A stretch of 64,000 bases of DNA, from the NCBI RefSeq assembly GCF_009914755.1, contig NC_060936.1, one strand, 5' to 3'. A program made the translations under genes and the position numbers. This document shows positions 1-14,040 of the stretch, piece by piece; the first letter of the stretch is position 1; each line of letters begins with the position of its first letter. Under the pieces are notes generated by a model that had not been told where the DNA came from, ran no database searches, and saw nothing but the letters and a program-made list of their open reading frames with translations. The stretch is from the human T2T-CHM13v2.0 reference genome, Homo sapiens.

Positions 1-769
1 ATATACATATACATAAAAGGTTGTGTGGTGTAGTTCATGAGACAAATGAACAGAATTCTAGGCAGCTCAAGTGAACGCTTTGTGGGAACTCATGTTGACA
101 GTTTAAGATGCATATGTTTTCTGGTCACACAAACATATAGCATTTCTATCTGACTTGAGAAGATTCTGTAGTGTGGGGAGTTCTGTGGACCCATGAACAT
201 GTTCTATCACACTTCTAACCAGCTCAAACTGCCTGGTTGGATTGCTTAGTTGGCTGGGGGCGGATTCATCTTCAGGCAGAAGGCACTGCACTCCATCTGA
301 GCACCACAGGAGAGGCTTGGCAAAGATCTGCAGAAGTGTGGGCAGAAAACCACGGCCATTGGCACCCTCTGACTTCTTTTTATCACACCTCAGGAGACCT
401 CAGAATAGACATATACTTAATTTAAAAACTGTTGGGAATCATTTCATGGAATAACATGTATTTTTGAGGATTCTAAGAAATAGATGTCCAAAAATAGTAT
501 AGGTATTGTCAGAGATTTAAATGTCTATATAACTACTAAAAGCATAACTCAACCACATTACGCCAATGGTTTTTTTTTTTTTCTTTTTTTGCAAATAGTC
601 TTCTTTTTAGTTTAAGAGAAGGCAACACTTGAATGCTCTCAACTCTGGCTCAACAACTGGGTAACTGAACATGACTTACCCTAACAGTGTTGCATGGAAA
701 CCTATCATACAAAATATAAAATTATAGAGTCAGATACTTCCAAGAAGAATTTCTCATGAATTTTGGAGA

Positions 770-870
770 TCATGGAGAGAAAGCTAGCCAGATGTTTTAA
801 AGGATTGGAAACCATGACATACGAGGAAAGTTAAAAGAAAGATATGGTATATTTAACTTAAGGAGAAAAA
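770..870 (+). mobile_element. L3/CR1 LINE fragment
   Basis: tggagagaaagctagccagatg...ggattggaaaccatgacatacgaggaaagttaaaagaa resembles the CR1 ORF2 3' segment (GLE.xSYEERLKEL). Confidence 0.6.
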
Positions 871-3800
871 ACTTGCCAGTTGCAAGGCTCTGGAAACTTC
901 CCTAATTCCTAATAGAGTGGGGCTTCTCCTAGGATCTCAATGCACATGGTATGTCCTCCCTGTGATAAAGGCACAACATAACAAAGAATATGTTAGGGGA
1001 AATCTTGTTCCATCATTATCACAATTAGTGCATCCATGCATATTATAAAAAGCTGGTCCTTCCTTAAAACACTGCCATTTGCCAGGGAATTTAATAATAA
1101 ATATTTAAATCTTGGATGAATACAAAATGAACGACTCCTCTAAAGTGTGGATTAAATAATATTACTTGGTATCCTTGAGAATTTTCAGAGTTATTACTAA
1201 TGTAAGTATCCTCTCTCTTTCAATAAGAAGAAAGGTGAATTGTGCAAGTCCACATGATTGGAACTGATAGACATACAAATACTGGGCATGTCCTGGGCAA
1301 AGCATGGGAGAACAAGAAGTTGTAAGAGGAACAGAAGTGGGGAGCACAGAGGTCTCATCACTTCCGTTCTTCTTATAACAACATGGAGGACTGAATAAAT
1401 GTTCCAAAGATACACTAAATCATAACTTCCATCACAAATACCTTCTATATGTTTGGTACCCTCATCTACAGATTACTGGGAGACCACAAAGGGGTAGACA
1501 AAGTCTCTTCTAACCAGAAATTATGAACAGGAGAAAACTGTTGAGCCAAGACTATCGCCAGACTATGTATAGTGGAGTCAAGAACATCAGAGTGCTCCTC
1601 CAGGTGCTAGCTCCAAGTTGAAAGTTAATATTTCTTTGCATAGGGAAAGATATTTTGTTGTACTATGGTAGGCACATTCACATTCACAAATTTTGGGCCA
1701 CATTTACCTTTGTATGTGAAAACTTCAAATGTAATATGTTCATATTATTTAAACAGCAAAGATGCTAAGGAATTATTTGTATACCTCAGGGAAAGGTCAA
1801 TGCAAAATTCTGCTGTAAATGTAAAAAGCATTCAAATAGAAATGATCTAAGCCCCAAGGTCATAAAAGTAGTAACTGCTACATTTTTGAAGGAGTCAGTG
1901 TTTGTTAGACAAAATTAAGACATCTCAGGCTGAAAATAGTGCGGGAAATATACCCATCAAATTCAGCTTTTTTTCCTCTTGCTGCCACATTAGAGGATAA
2001 AGAATGGGATGAGAGGTAGAAAAGAGAATATATCTGTGGTTATTTTGTTTTAAAAGACCAAGTCAAATGTGAGGTAATGGAAAAGAATGGGTAATAGGAA
2101 ATGTCCCTTGGAGTTAACACACAACATATACTGAGTGTATTTCCTAAATAACTTGTTACATTAAAATGAAATTATGTATATTGAATTGCAGTGTCTGAAA
2201 TAGTATCTGTAAAAGGTATTTCTCTATTAGGAAAGCAAGTCAACAAGCTTAATTATATTGCAACTGCTTTTAAATCCAATTAAATAGTTTTATATATTCA
2301 AATTAGCTATTGCATTGAGGAAACCTACTCATCTTACTTTTTTTTTAGTTGTCATTATGTATATCAATCCCAAACGTACTGAAATATGCTTCAATAAGCA
2401 TGTTTTTCTAACCATTATAAATATTGCTTTATCAAAAGAAAACCAATACTTTTAAATGTCAGAATATTTGGCATTGAATAAACAAAACAGCCAGATAGAG
2501 ACTAATTCATAAATATTTTGCTTGTAAACTCGTTTTGAATTAAGCATTTATTGTAAAGCAACTTTCACAACTAAATATAAGTATTGATGGTAAAAATATT
2601 TCTAGAATCTTGTAGTAGACAAATGTAAACCTTTTTATCACTAGGAATTCAATGAGGAAAACATTTTTTAACTTCTACAAAATAGAAATATTTTATAAAA
2701 TATAAGAATATTAGTTGATATTTAAAGTATTTTTCTCACTGTTAGCTCATTATGCCTATTTAGCTAACTAAAGATAGCATTAACTCTTTTGACAATTTTT
2801 TAAAGCTGTAGCTTAACAGAGTTAAATTTTCATTACATAGAAATTCAAGTTGAAGAAAATATGTTTGTATAGTTATATCTTCAAATACTGGACACTTCAA
2901 TTTTTTTTCTTTGCATCTGGCAATAAAAGCATTATAAAGCCATAATTGGAACAATAATCATTTCCATTTATTTTTATGCCATTGTGATTAAATCAACATT
3001 TTAAGTCAACTCTTTATTACCCAAGTTTATCATTTCTAAGATGAAAATTTGAATATAAAGCATGATTCAGCAATTCTATTACTTGCAGTCCTTAAGTCAT
3101 GGAGATCTTGAAAAAGTCCTCCCTCAGCTATAATGATGAGCCAAAATTAATTAAGGCAAATGAATATTCTAAATGAATCTCTTCCTCTTAACTATTGTTT
3201 AAATAATTGCTTATGCTTGACAAGATATTTTTCATGAACTATCAACAATGTGATTTGAATCACACTCATAATTACAAACTCCTCAACCATAGTAATTTAT
3301 AAATTACTGCCCTCTCATGGGACTGTCTTCAAACATTTAAAACATTTATTATTGAGAAGTTCTGTTGAGCTATTATAGTGTATTCATAATTTTCTAAGAC
3401 CTTACATTTCTTCCAACCTTGTCATCTGGCTATTTTAATTTTTAGTTTTCATTGAAATATACTTGATAAAATTCTTTGTCACATTTGGAGGAAAGACATA
3501 TTTTATAGCTTGTTTAGAAAAATCTAATTTACTCAGTTAATGTCTAGCATTCTCAATTCTCTCAACATGCGGCAGTAGTTGGCTCTGTCCTGGAGACAAA
3601 ATAATTACTGTCCCATATATGAAGAGATCAAATTATTTTCAAAGAAATTTTTATAGAATCCAGTTGCAATTCACTTTCTAAAATACGGAGTCAACAATAA
3701 CTGACAGCTAAGCAGGTGGTCACAGAGGAAAATTAACAGAATATCGTTTTGATCAGTTGCACTGTAAGGTAGAATTCTTTAATTTTGCTTGACTGCCAGT

Positions 3801-4068
3801 AAACTTCTCCACATTGTCTCCATATGGGCTTATATTCCTCAGAACAGTTAGCCCTGAGTATTCTTTAGAAAGATGTGTGTGGCACTGTTCTCTTTTTATG
3901 GCTGCTGTGCCTGTTGAGAGCCCCAGGTTGGTAAGACCTGAAAATTGTGTAGGAAGAGGTGTGAAGCAATCGTTAGGGAAATCAGTGAAAGAAAAATAAC
4001 CTAATCTATTTGGTGTTCCAGAAAGGCTAATCCCCTCTCTCCTTTCCTGACCTTAAAACAGAGGAACA

Positions 4069-4482
<414 letters not shown>

Positions 4483-5522
4483 CTAGACCTCAATGATTTA
4501 TCTGTCATTAATGCCACTGGTCACTGGCCCATGTTTCCAGTAGCAAGATTGAAAAGAGGAAGACGTATGTTACTGGGGGGTCTCTAATCCCTCACCTGGA
4601 CTATTCTAAGGTAAATGGTATCTTATATTTTTTTTATTGTTTGGTTGGTTACTTGTTTATCTGATTTTTATGTTTGCTTTTTTTTTTTTTTCACAGTCCC
4701 TGAAACACTGGGAAAGATGCCTCTTAAATTACTGCTATTTTGCCCTACAACTGGTAGGGCTGGGTTCTGTAGCTGCATTTCTAGGTGCTAGCAAATAGGG
4801 AATAGGCAGCAAAGTACTCTTGGGCTGGACTTTAGGCAGTAGGATACGTCTGAGATGTCCTACTGTTGATCTGGGAAATAGAAAATGTAGTTCAAAAGTT
4901 TCCAAGTATCGGGCTTAATAAAGCCTAGGAGTCACTTATTATATGGTGAACAGGTCCCATGTCAACCATGGGAAAAACAAGGTAGTTTGGGATAACAAGA
5001 TTACATGTCACAGATTTCTTTTCTCTCTATTTAAGAAAATAGGCTTTCTTCCTAACTCTGTGGCTATTGGTTGAAAATGGTTTTTCTGTCTTTAGTGCTA
5101 ACTTACTAAGAAAAGAACTATGGGCACATTTAAATAGACATGCATATTTGTGGTAGATCCAGAAATACATTTGCTAAAGTTTGGACTTAAAAATACTAAA
5201 TTATTCCAGAAAGGGCTGAAATTTTCTGAAAATGTCATAACTGTTTTGATGAAATAATGCCAATTATACAATGATTAGTAACTAAATTTTTTACATTGTT
5301 TCTTGAAAACTTGAATAACAAATATATGAGAAAATAGAATACCATAAGACAATACATTGTGTTGTGTTAACTGAGGCAAAGAAAGGACAAAAAGGCATAT
5401 ATTTTAAAAATCATTGTTGTTGGTACAAATGGAACATATATGAATAGGTATTGTGGAGATGGGAATCATGGTGCAATTTTCCTATTTTAACTCATTACTG
5501 ACAAGCATTAAAATAATGTTTC

Positions 5523-5845
5523 GGCTGGCCGCGGTGGCTCACGCCTGTAATCCCAGCACTTTGGGAGACTGAGGCAGGCGGATCATGAGGTCAGGAGATC
5601 GAGATCATCCTGGCTAACACGGTGAAGCCCCGTCTCTACTAAAAAATAGAAAAAATTAGCCGGGCATTGTGGCGGGCGCCTGTAGTCCCAGAGGCTGAGG
5701 GAGCTGAGGTACTCGGGAGGCTGAGGCAGGAGAATGGCATGAACCCAGGAGGCAGAGCTTGCAGTGAGCCGAGATGGCGCCACTGCACTCCATCCTGGGT
5801 GACAGAGCGAGACTCTGTCTCAAAACAAACAAACGAAACAAAAAC
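5523..5845 (+). mobile_element. AluY with an internal 18-nt insertion
   Basis: Y-type gagatcgaga.catcctggctaacacgg and gagcttgcag. TSD aaaataatgtttc (5510-5522) / aaaatactgtttc (5846-5858). Confidence 0.93.
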
Positions 5846-6873
5846 AAAATACTGTTTCATTATTCCCACATTCCAGAATGTTCTGTTTTAGCTATTACCC
5901 ATAACAAGTAAAACTAGAACTAGACTGGGACCTGGGATACTTTGGTTCTGGTGCTAACTCAGGCACTAACTAGCTTGAAAGACCACTTAAACTTTCTGTA
6001 TCTTATTTTCTCATCCATAAAATTACGTTTACAGTAGCTGAAGGTACCAAATGGATCAGTCTCAGATTTACCAACCCCCTGAATTTTTAATAAAAATATT
6101 TGCACATGTACATTTTTTCTGGAAAAAAAAGCCCATAATTTTACCTGATTCACAAAGAAGTTTATGATTTCCCAAAGGCAAAGAAAGCATAGCACTAGGT
6201 GCTTTCTATGGTTCCTTTTAACCCTGTATACATTACCAACTTTTATACACTTACTACACGAAACTCATGTGTTACATATCTGCACATTCATAAGAACGTA
6301 CATATTTATGCAAATACATAAAGAACCCTGAAAATTTGGCTCTAATTACAGATCACTTTTCAAGGGTGGAAGCCATTTTAATGTAAGATGTTATTCTGAA
6401 CTAGAAATGTTAGCATGTTTTGTCTGCGATTTCTATGAGCTCAGAGTCCCATTTGATAATACAAGATTTATGAAAATCAAAGATATGTTTGCCTACTAAT
6501 AAAAATGAGTCATCTTAAGGAATTCTTCCATGGACCCAACAAATATTTATTAAATGCTTATTATTTGGCTGATATCATGCTAGGTACTAATTTTCTGTTA
6601 TGATTATAATAGACATTTTCTACCTTCAGTCTAATAAGGTAGATGACTATTACTTAAATCTTTAATTAACTTTAATAAGATAGATAGAGATCCACAAATT
6701 ATAGATTTGAAACTGTTCTGTTTTGAGAGCAGTAGGCTGTATTCTATTACATTTTTGCCCCCTTTGGATCTCATGTGCAAAGAACAGAATTGGAATCAAC
6801 ATGACCTTTAGTTTATGGCACATACTCATCATTATACATTTATCCGTGAGTTCCTTGGTTTTATTATTTTTAT

Positions 6874-6951
6874 ACACACACACACACACACACACAGAGA
6901 GAGAGAAAGAGAGAAAGAGAGAGACAGACAGAGAGACAGAGAGAGAGAGTG
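6874..6951. repeat. compound (CA)n-(GA)n microsatellite
   Basis: Directly visible. Confidence 0.95.
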
Positions 6952-7169
6952 ACAGAAACAAATTGAAATCTCCCACTGAGACAAAAGCTGGGAACACAAG
7001 TAGCTAGGATCAAAACTATGTGCCACCCCTGTTCCCCAAACTCATTCCCTTGGCTCTCACAGATGAGTTAAATAGTAATGAAGGGATGAGAACCTAGAAA
7101 CAGATTCCTATGTGGAGACTATGATGGATAGTAAGGAGACAGACTAGGAAAACTTCAGTACGCAATAAA

Positions 7170-8390
<1,221 letters not shown>

Positions 8391-9258
8391 GTTTTCAGCC
8401 CTAAATCTATATTTCCCTATGAGACAAAAAAAGGAAGAAAGGAAGGAAGAGAGGGAAGAAGAAAGGAAGAGAGTAAGCTAGTAATCGCCTTACATATATT
8501 TGAATTATGAATGATACTAAATTCATTTCTTTTTACATGCAAATTACCCCCAGGGAATAACAGCAAACTGGCTTAAAAATGTCTGTTTGTAACTTAACAT
8601 TCATTTTAGATGACTTGTACAAATGAACTTCTTTCTCTCCATTTTTGTTGGCAACATTCAAGCAAGAAAAGGTTAAATGACTTGTGCACTGGGAAGAAAA
8701 AAAAAAAAAACAGTTGTCATCCGTGGTGCCAAAAATAGAAGTTCTGATTTCCAGTCCTGTGATCTCAACAGAAGACAGAATGTTCACTCTATCTGACTGA
8801 TACAAAATACAACTTCTCCAAGGACTCTATTATTTTGAACTACTGTGTAAGTACATGTAATTATAAGCTTCTGGAAATACGCACTGTTTATTTTATCATT
8901 TGTAATAGCAAATAGAAAGGCTTGGGCTGAGCATTTACCCAATAATGACACTAACAGCCTTCAGAGTCATTATAGATGATTTTTAAGGGTCTGTTTAGAT
9001 ATCCTTAAGATCACTGACCCATTAGTGCAATTATAGTTTAAGATGGTTCCTGTACTTGCTGCCAGAAAGTGACAAGTTGATGTTACAAACACTCTCTACA
9101 CACCATTAAAAATGTGTCTTTACTCAGAGAAAGCTGCAGAAATAGAACTATAACTATACTTTAAAATTCTGTTCCCCATGGGTGATGTAGTCATTCTCTT
9201 TTTGTAATTCCTCTGATAAAATGATAAATTATATTCTCAGAAAATTGAATAAAACAAG

Positions 9259-9810
9259 TGTGTCTGGAGTTTGTTCCTGCTGGTGGGTTTGTGGTCTCGC
9301 TGACTTCAAGAATGAAGCCATGGACCTTTGCGGTGAGTGTGACAGCTCTTAAAGGTGGCACAGACCCAAAGAGTGAGCAGCAGCAAGATTTATTCTGAAG
9401 AGAGAAAGAACAATACTTCCACAGTACGGAAAGAGATCTGAGCGGGTTGCTGCTGTTGGCGGACGTGGCCAGCTTTTATTCCCTTATTTGTCCCCGCCCA
9501 TGTCCTGCTGATTGGTCCATTTTACAGAGTGCTGATTGGTCCATTTTACAGTGTGCTGATTGGTCCATTTTACAGAGCACGGATTGGCCCATTTTACAAA
9601 CCTCTAGCCACAGATTGCTGATTGGTGAGTTTTTACAGAGTGCTGAATGGTGCATTTTACAAACCTCTAGCTAGTCACCCAGCACTGATTGGTGTGTTTT
9701 ACAATCCTAGCTACAGAGCACTGATTGGTGCATTTTACAATCCTCTTGTAAGACAGAAAAGTTCTCCAAGTCCCCACACGATCCAAAAGTCCAGCTGGCT
9801 TCACCTCTCA
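9259..9810 (-). mobile_element. LTR12 (ERV9) solo LTR, short LTR12F-like form
   Basis: TG...CA termini. Minus strand starts TGAGAGGTGAAGCCAGCTGGAC. Tandem ~24-bp CCAAT repeats. Perfect 4-bp TSD caag (9255-9258 / 9811-9814). Confidence 0.93.
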
Positions 9811-10417
9811 CAAGTACATTTATTCTGTAGTATTATTTTTATCAATTTAAAAATCTTCATAGTACTTGTCTTTCTTACCCCATTCACACAGTCTCACACA
9901 GTTACATATTCCAAGTATCCATACATGCTCAGCCTTTCATGTAGATGCAATCTATGTGAAGAAAAACATAGATTGCTTGCTATGTAACTATAGATTCACA
10001 GAACCGGAAGGATCACAGGAGACTGACTACCTAGTGGAGCAGTGTTTCTCAACTGATATTATAGCCCTTATTAATTAGTCTTTATTTGGGGGTAGGAGGG
10101 GGTGGGAGAGAGAGGAGATATCATGGACACTAGAAAATCTAATGAAGTTTGTGAAGTTATCCCAAGAAAAATCCACTCATGTGTGTAAATGTTCATGTCA
10201 TTTATTTATTTGTTTGCATTTGTCATTGAGTTATTTCACATTTTACAAATAATTATGTGACTCATTTTTCTTGTGAAAATTGATGACCTCTTTCTAAATA
10301 AAACATAAATGCAAATTACTAACCAAATCATATAAAAAAAGAAAACATATATTCTGCTTAAAATAGTTTTCAATGAGAAGGCTGTTTTATTTGGCTTAGT
10401 AAGAAGTTAAAATTTAG

Positions 10418-10472
10418 GCTACTCTGGAACACTTTGCCTATGGGATAGCCCTGCTGTGTCTATGGAGCAGCC

Positions 10473-10503
<31 letters not shown>
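10418..10503 (+). mobile_element. short retroposed RNA (56 nt + A30) with 17-bp TSD; body resembles an ERV1 LTR segment (PABL/MER41-related)
   Basis: TSD aagaagttaaaatttag at 10401-10417 and 10506-10522; poly(A) at 10474-10503. Family assignment is from memory only. Confidence 0.85.
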
Positions 10504-10505
<2 letters not shown>

Positions 10506-11579
10506 AAGAAGTTAAAATTTAGACTGAGCCTTCCTTTATAGGAAAATATCGGTGTTATTTTTAGTATCCAAACAATTTTTCATCTGTTTTAATAGCACTA
10601 TGTGCTCAAAGTTGCAGCTCACACAGCTTTCAGTATCAAACAGAATTAAATTCCCTATCAGTCGGAGCAGAGCAGACGTTTATCAAGACACCTGAGCTTT
10701 CACCAAGCTACTTCAGGGTGAATTCAGGTTCTATGAAACCCTTTGTCCTCAAGTCAAATGAAATTATTTTTGGAAAGCTTAGTGTCAACAATGCAGCCTT
10801 TGTCAGCAAGGGAAGATGTTTGAATGCTTTCAATTTTATGTAGTCTAAGCAGAAATAACCTTTAAAAGAGTTTTGTAGTCTTTACAGATGTTTGTAGATC
10901 TTCTCCATGGATAAACTGACATGTCTTTCTCATTTTCAACTCCCTTGCCCTCACTAAAGTCTTTCTTTCAGCACTTTCATGTCAATGGAAAGGTCACAAG
11001 ATTTTACCTGTAATTTCTTCCTCCAAAATGACAGTTGTTTCCAGAGCCACCCTACTAGACCAGAAAATCTGAAATTGAAAGACTAGCCTCATTTTTTTTT
11101 GACCTAACATCTACAAGGAAGTCCATCCATGAATAAACCTCTCTTGTCAAATTGTTTTAAGATTCAGCTCTCTTTTACTTAAAAAATAGATAAAATGAAA
11201 TTTCTGACCCAAGTTCAGCCAAGTGCATTAACACTTATTCATTGGAAAGCCAAAAAACTTCTGATAGTAAAAATAATACATTTTGCTTCATTCCCAAATA
11301 AAAACTTTTGAAACTCTAGATTTCTGGCTATGTCTGTGAAATTATTTTAACAGAGCAGGCAAAGCATCTTTTTAGAATAATTATCAGTGTCTTTCACACG
11401 AATGCATGCTGATGGTGAGGGCAATATGTCTCTATGAAAAGTGGAACCTCTGTCTTCACCAGATTAATTACGCTGGATCTTGCATAAAGAAACTCCATAT
11501 GTACTCCATATGTACTTGCAGTATCAAGATTTTTGTTCCATTAGGAGTTTTGCTTGATAAACTCTGTTGGGAGGAGGCA

Positions 11580-11582
<3 letters not shown>

Positions 11583-11625
<43 letters not shown>

Positions 11626-11636
11626 ACACACACACA
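11583..11636. repeat. (CA)n microsatellite
   Basis: Directly visible, with one GA interruption. Confidence 0.97.
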
Positions 11637-13087
11637 TCGACATTCAGGTGAGAGATAAAAATCAGAGTTTTACTGAAACAATCATAGTTTTCACTCAGTT
11701 GCATGCCAAATGGGAATGCCACAGCTGTTATTTTCACTATAACTGGCTTTGAAATATTGGCAAAATACCAGAGTTCAAGAGTAGGTTCTATCAAGTGAAC
11801 AGAGGTGCTATTAATTTTTTTTATTCTAATCAACCAACCAGCTCAAGCATTTCTAGAGTACTTGAAATGATAAAGCTTTCTCCAGTTATTTATGGTTTCT
11901 TTTGATTGGAAACATGTCAAAAGTTTCATGTTAGTGCAAATATAAGTTTTGGTAAATTTCCCTCCTTTTAAAATTGAACTTCTTCTCCAGGGGAAAAAAA
12001 ATCTATATTGTGTGATTTATTTTCAGGATGCTCAGAAATAAGCTTTCTTGACTTCATCCTATCATTGGCAGGAAACTTATCACACAAGAAACAGTCTGGC
12101 TTTTGTGTCCCATCACATTTAGCAATGCAAATAAAATCAAAGGAAATGTAGGAGCCATCAGCTTTCTTTTCTCTGACATTTGCCAACTTAAGCTAAGTTT
12201 AATGTGAACAGAAAGAGATATGCACAAACATAATGTCAGATGCATTTTCATTAATTCTGATGAATGCAATGCCATTCCAGATGTCATTGTGCAAGGATAG
12301 TAACTTTGTGTGAAAAAATACATGCTACTCTGTCCATGTTTAAAGGAAAACATTAAAATATTTTAAAACAATAAAAATATTAAAACATTAAATACATTAA
12401 AAAAATATTTTACCATGAACAATTTTTTGCACAAAAAGCAAAGAAAACAAAATAAAGCTAAGTTATATATATATATATGTACACACACATATATATATGT
12501 TTGCTCTTACTTAACCTACAACATAAAGTCTGTATATGATCTTTAACTAAAATATCCCTTTTATAACGTGATCTGAAATACAGCATCTAATCTCTGCTGT
12601 TGTTATATAGGAAGTTTCCTGTATTACAAATGAGCCCATTTGTAATAGTTGGGTATTTCTAGTTATCCTTGGTTATCTGGTTATCCTTGGTTATTCTTCC
12701 ATTTTTCATCCAGTGTTCTGGCATGGTTAATTCTCTTGCCCTTTATCCCATCAACTATTGGGTGGTAAATCTTATGTTACACATTACTTTTCTCTTTATG
12801 TGGCTGAATATCACCAAGTTCTTAACTTCTTGTCATCTAACAAGGTATCCAGATCTCTTTCTATGCTGGTTGCCTTTTTCTACAGCCACTACAATGTGTT
12901 AACATCTATCTGAAAATTTGGAGCCATCCATTTAAAAATATTGCATTTTTTGAATGATCAAGAACTACATACATAGGTACATATTTTATTGAATATATAG
13001 GAGTGAAATTATATAAAGAAATGCAATGCTAATGGTTTCTCTAAATATTCTTTTGGATTTTTACATATACGATCATATCATCTGTGA

Positions 13088-13419
<332 letters not shown>

Positions 13420-13589
13420 TTTTCTTTCATTCTAATACTTACACCTATTTTATGTTTTTCTTGACTTATTTTAGTAGCTAGGCCATTCAGAATAATAGTC
13501 AATGACAATGGTGATTCTTAACTATTATTTCTAATTTTAGCTTTTTATCACTTAATCCATCAAAATTTTTACAATAGCTACAATTTCTT

Positions 13590-13830
13590 AATCGTCAACT
13601 CTTTAAGCTAGGCACTGTATTAGTCAAGGTATGTAATCTGCTATCTCATTTTATTTAATCTTTCTGACAATCCTATGTAGTTATTATTGTCTTATTTTAT
13701 CTTAAAAAAGAGAATAAGCAAAACCAAGATCACAGAAATTAAGTAACTTGGCACTAGATTACAAAATGATGTGGTCAAGCAAGGATGTGAATCCAGATTT
13801 GTCACCATCCATTGCCAATATTCTTTCTGC
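13590..13830 (-). mobile_element. MIR
   Basis: ctaggcactg...acaatcctatg...cacagaaattaagtaacttg...gtgaatccagatt, the reverse MIR core. Confidence 0.65.
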
Positions 13831-13874
13831 ACTTTTCCATTATATTACAATAAGCTATGATTCAGTATCAGCTT

Positions 13875-14040
13875 TACTTCCCTCCCTCCCTCCTTCCTTC
13901 TTTCCTTCTTTCTTCTCTCTCTTTCTGTTTTTCTCTTCTTTTTCCTTCTTCTGTTTTTCTTCCCTACCTCTCTCCTTCTCATCCTTCACTCGCTCCCATT
14001 CTTTCTTCCTCCAATTCCTCTTTCTCCTATTATCCTTATT
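13875..14040. repeat. CT-rich low-complexity tract
   Basis: Directly visible. Confidence 0.85.

Larger units (their letters stand above)
10040..12190 (-). mobile_element. hAT-Charlie (Buster-type) DNA transposon fossil with a near-full-length decayed transposase
   Basis: Motifs occur in the expected order: BED-finger remnant (SYISFDFICIAKCDGTQKPDCFLCDKFPANDRMK), SVHLIEPT (~LQLDEST), TYCPHHQHA (~CxxH), TWLNLG (~RWLSRG), LCE...AIKT, and C-terminal KQPSH-stop at 10370-10372. TIR-like cagtgtttctcaa at 10040. Many stops and frameshifts. Confidence 0.85.

Noticed and set aside
9500-9745. Regularly spaced ~24-bp repeats resembling a CRISPR array
   Set aside because: These are LTR12 U3 CCAAT tandem repeats. 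There are no unique spacers or cas genes, and the context is eukaryotic.
11468-12186. Domesticated ZBED/Buster-like gene
   Set aside because: In-frame stops, frameshifts, a (CA)n insertion and loss of the first catalytic Asp show it is a fossil.
12345-12500. aaaacatt and (TA)n periodic tracts
   Set aside because: Ordinary AT-rich low-complexity sequence.
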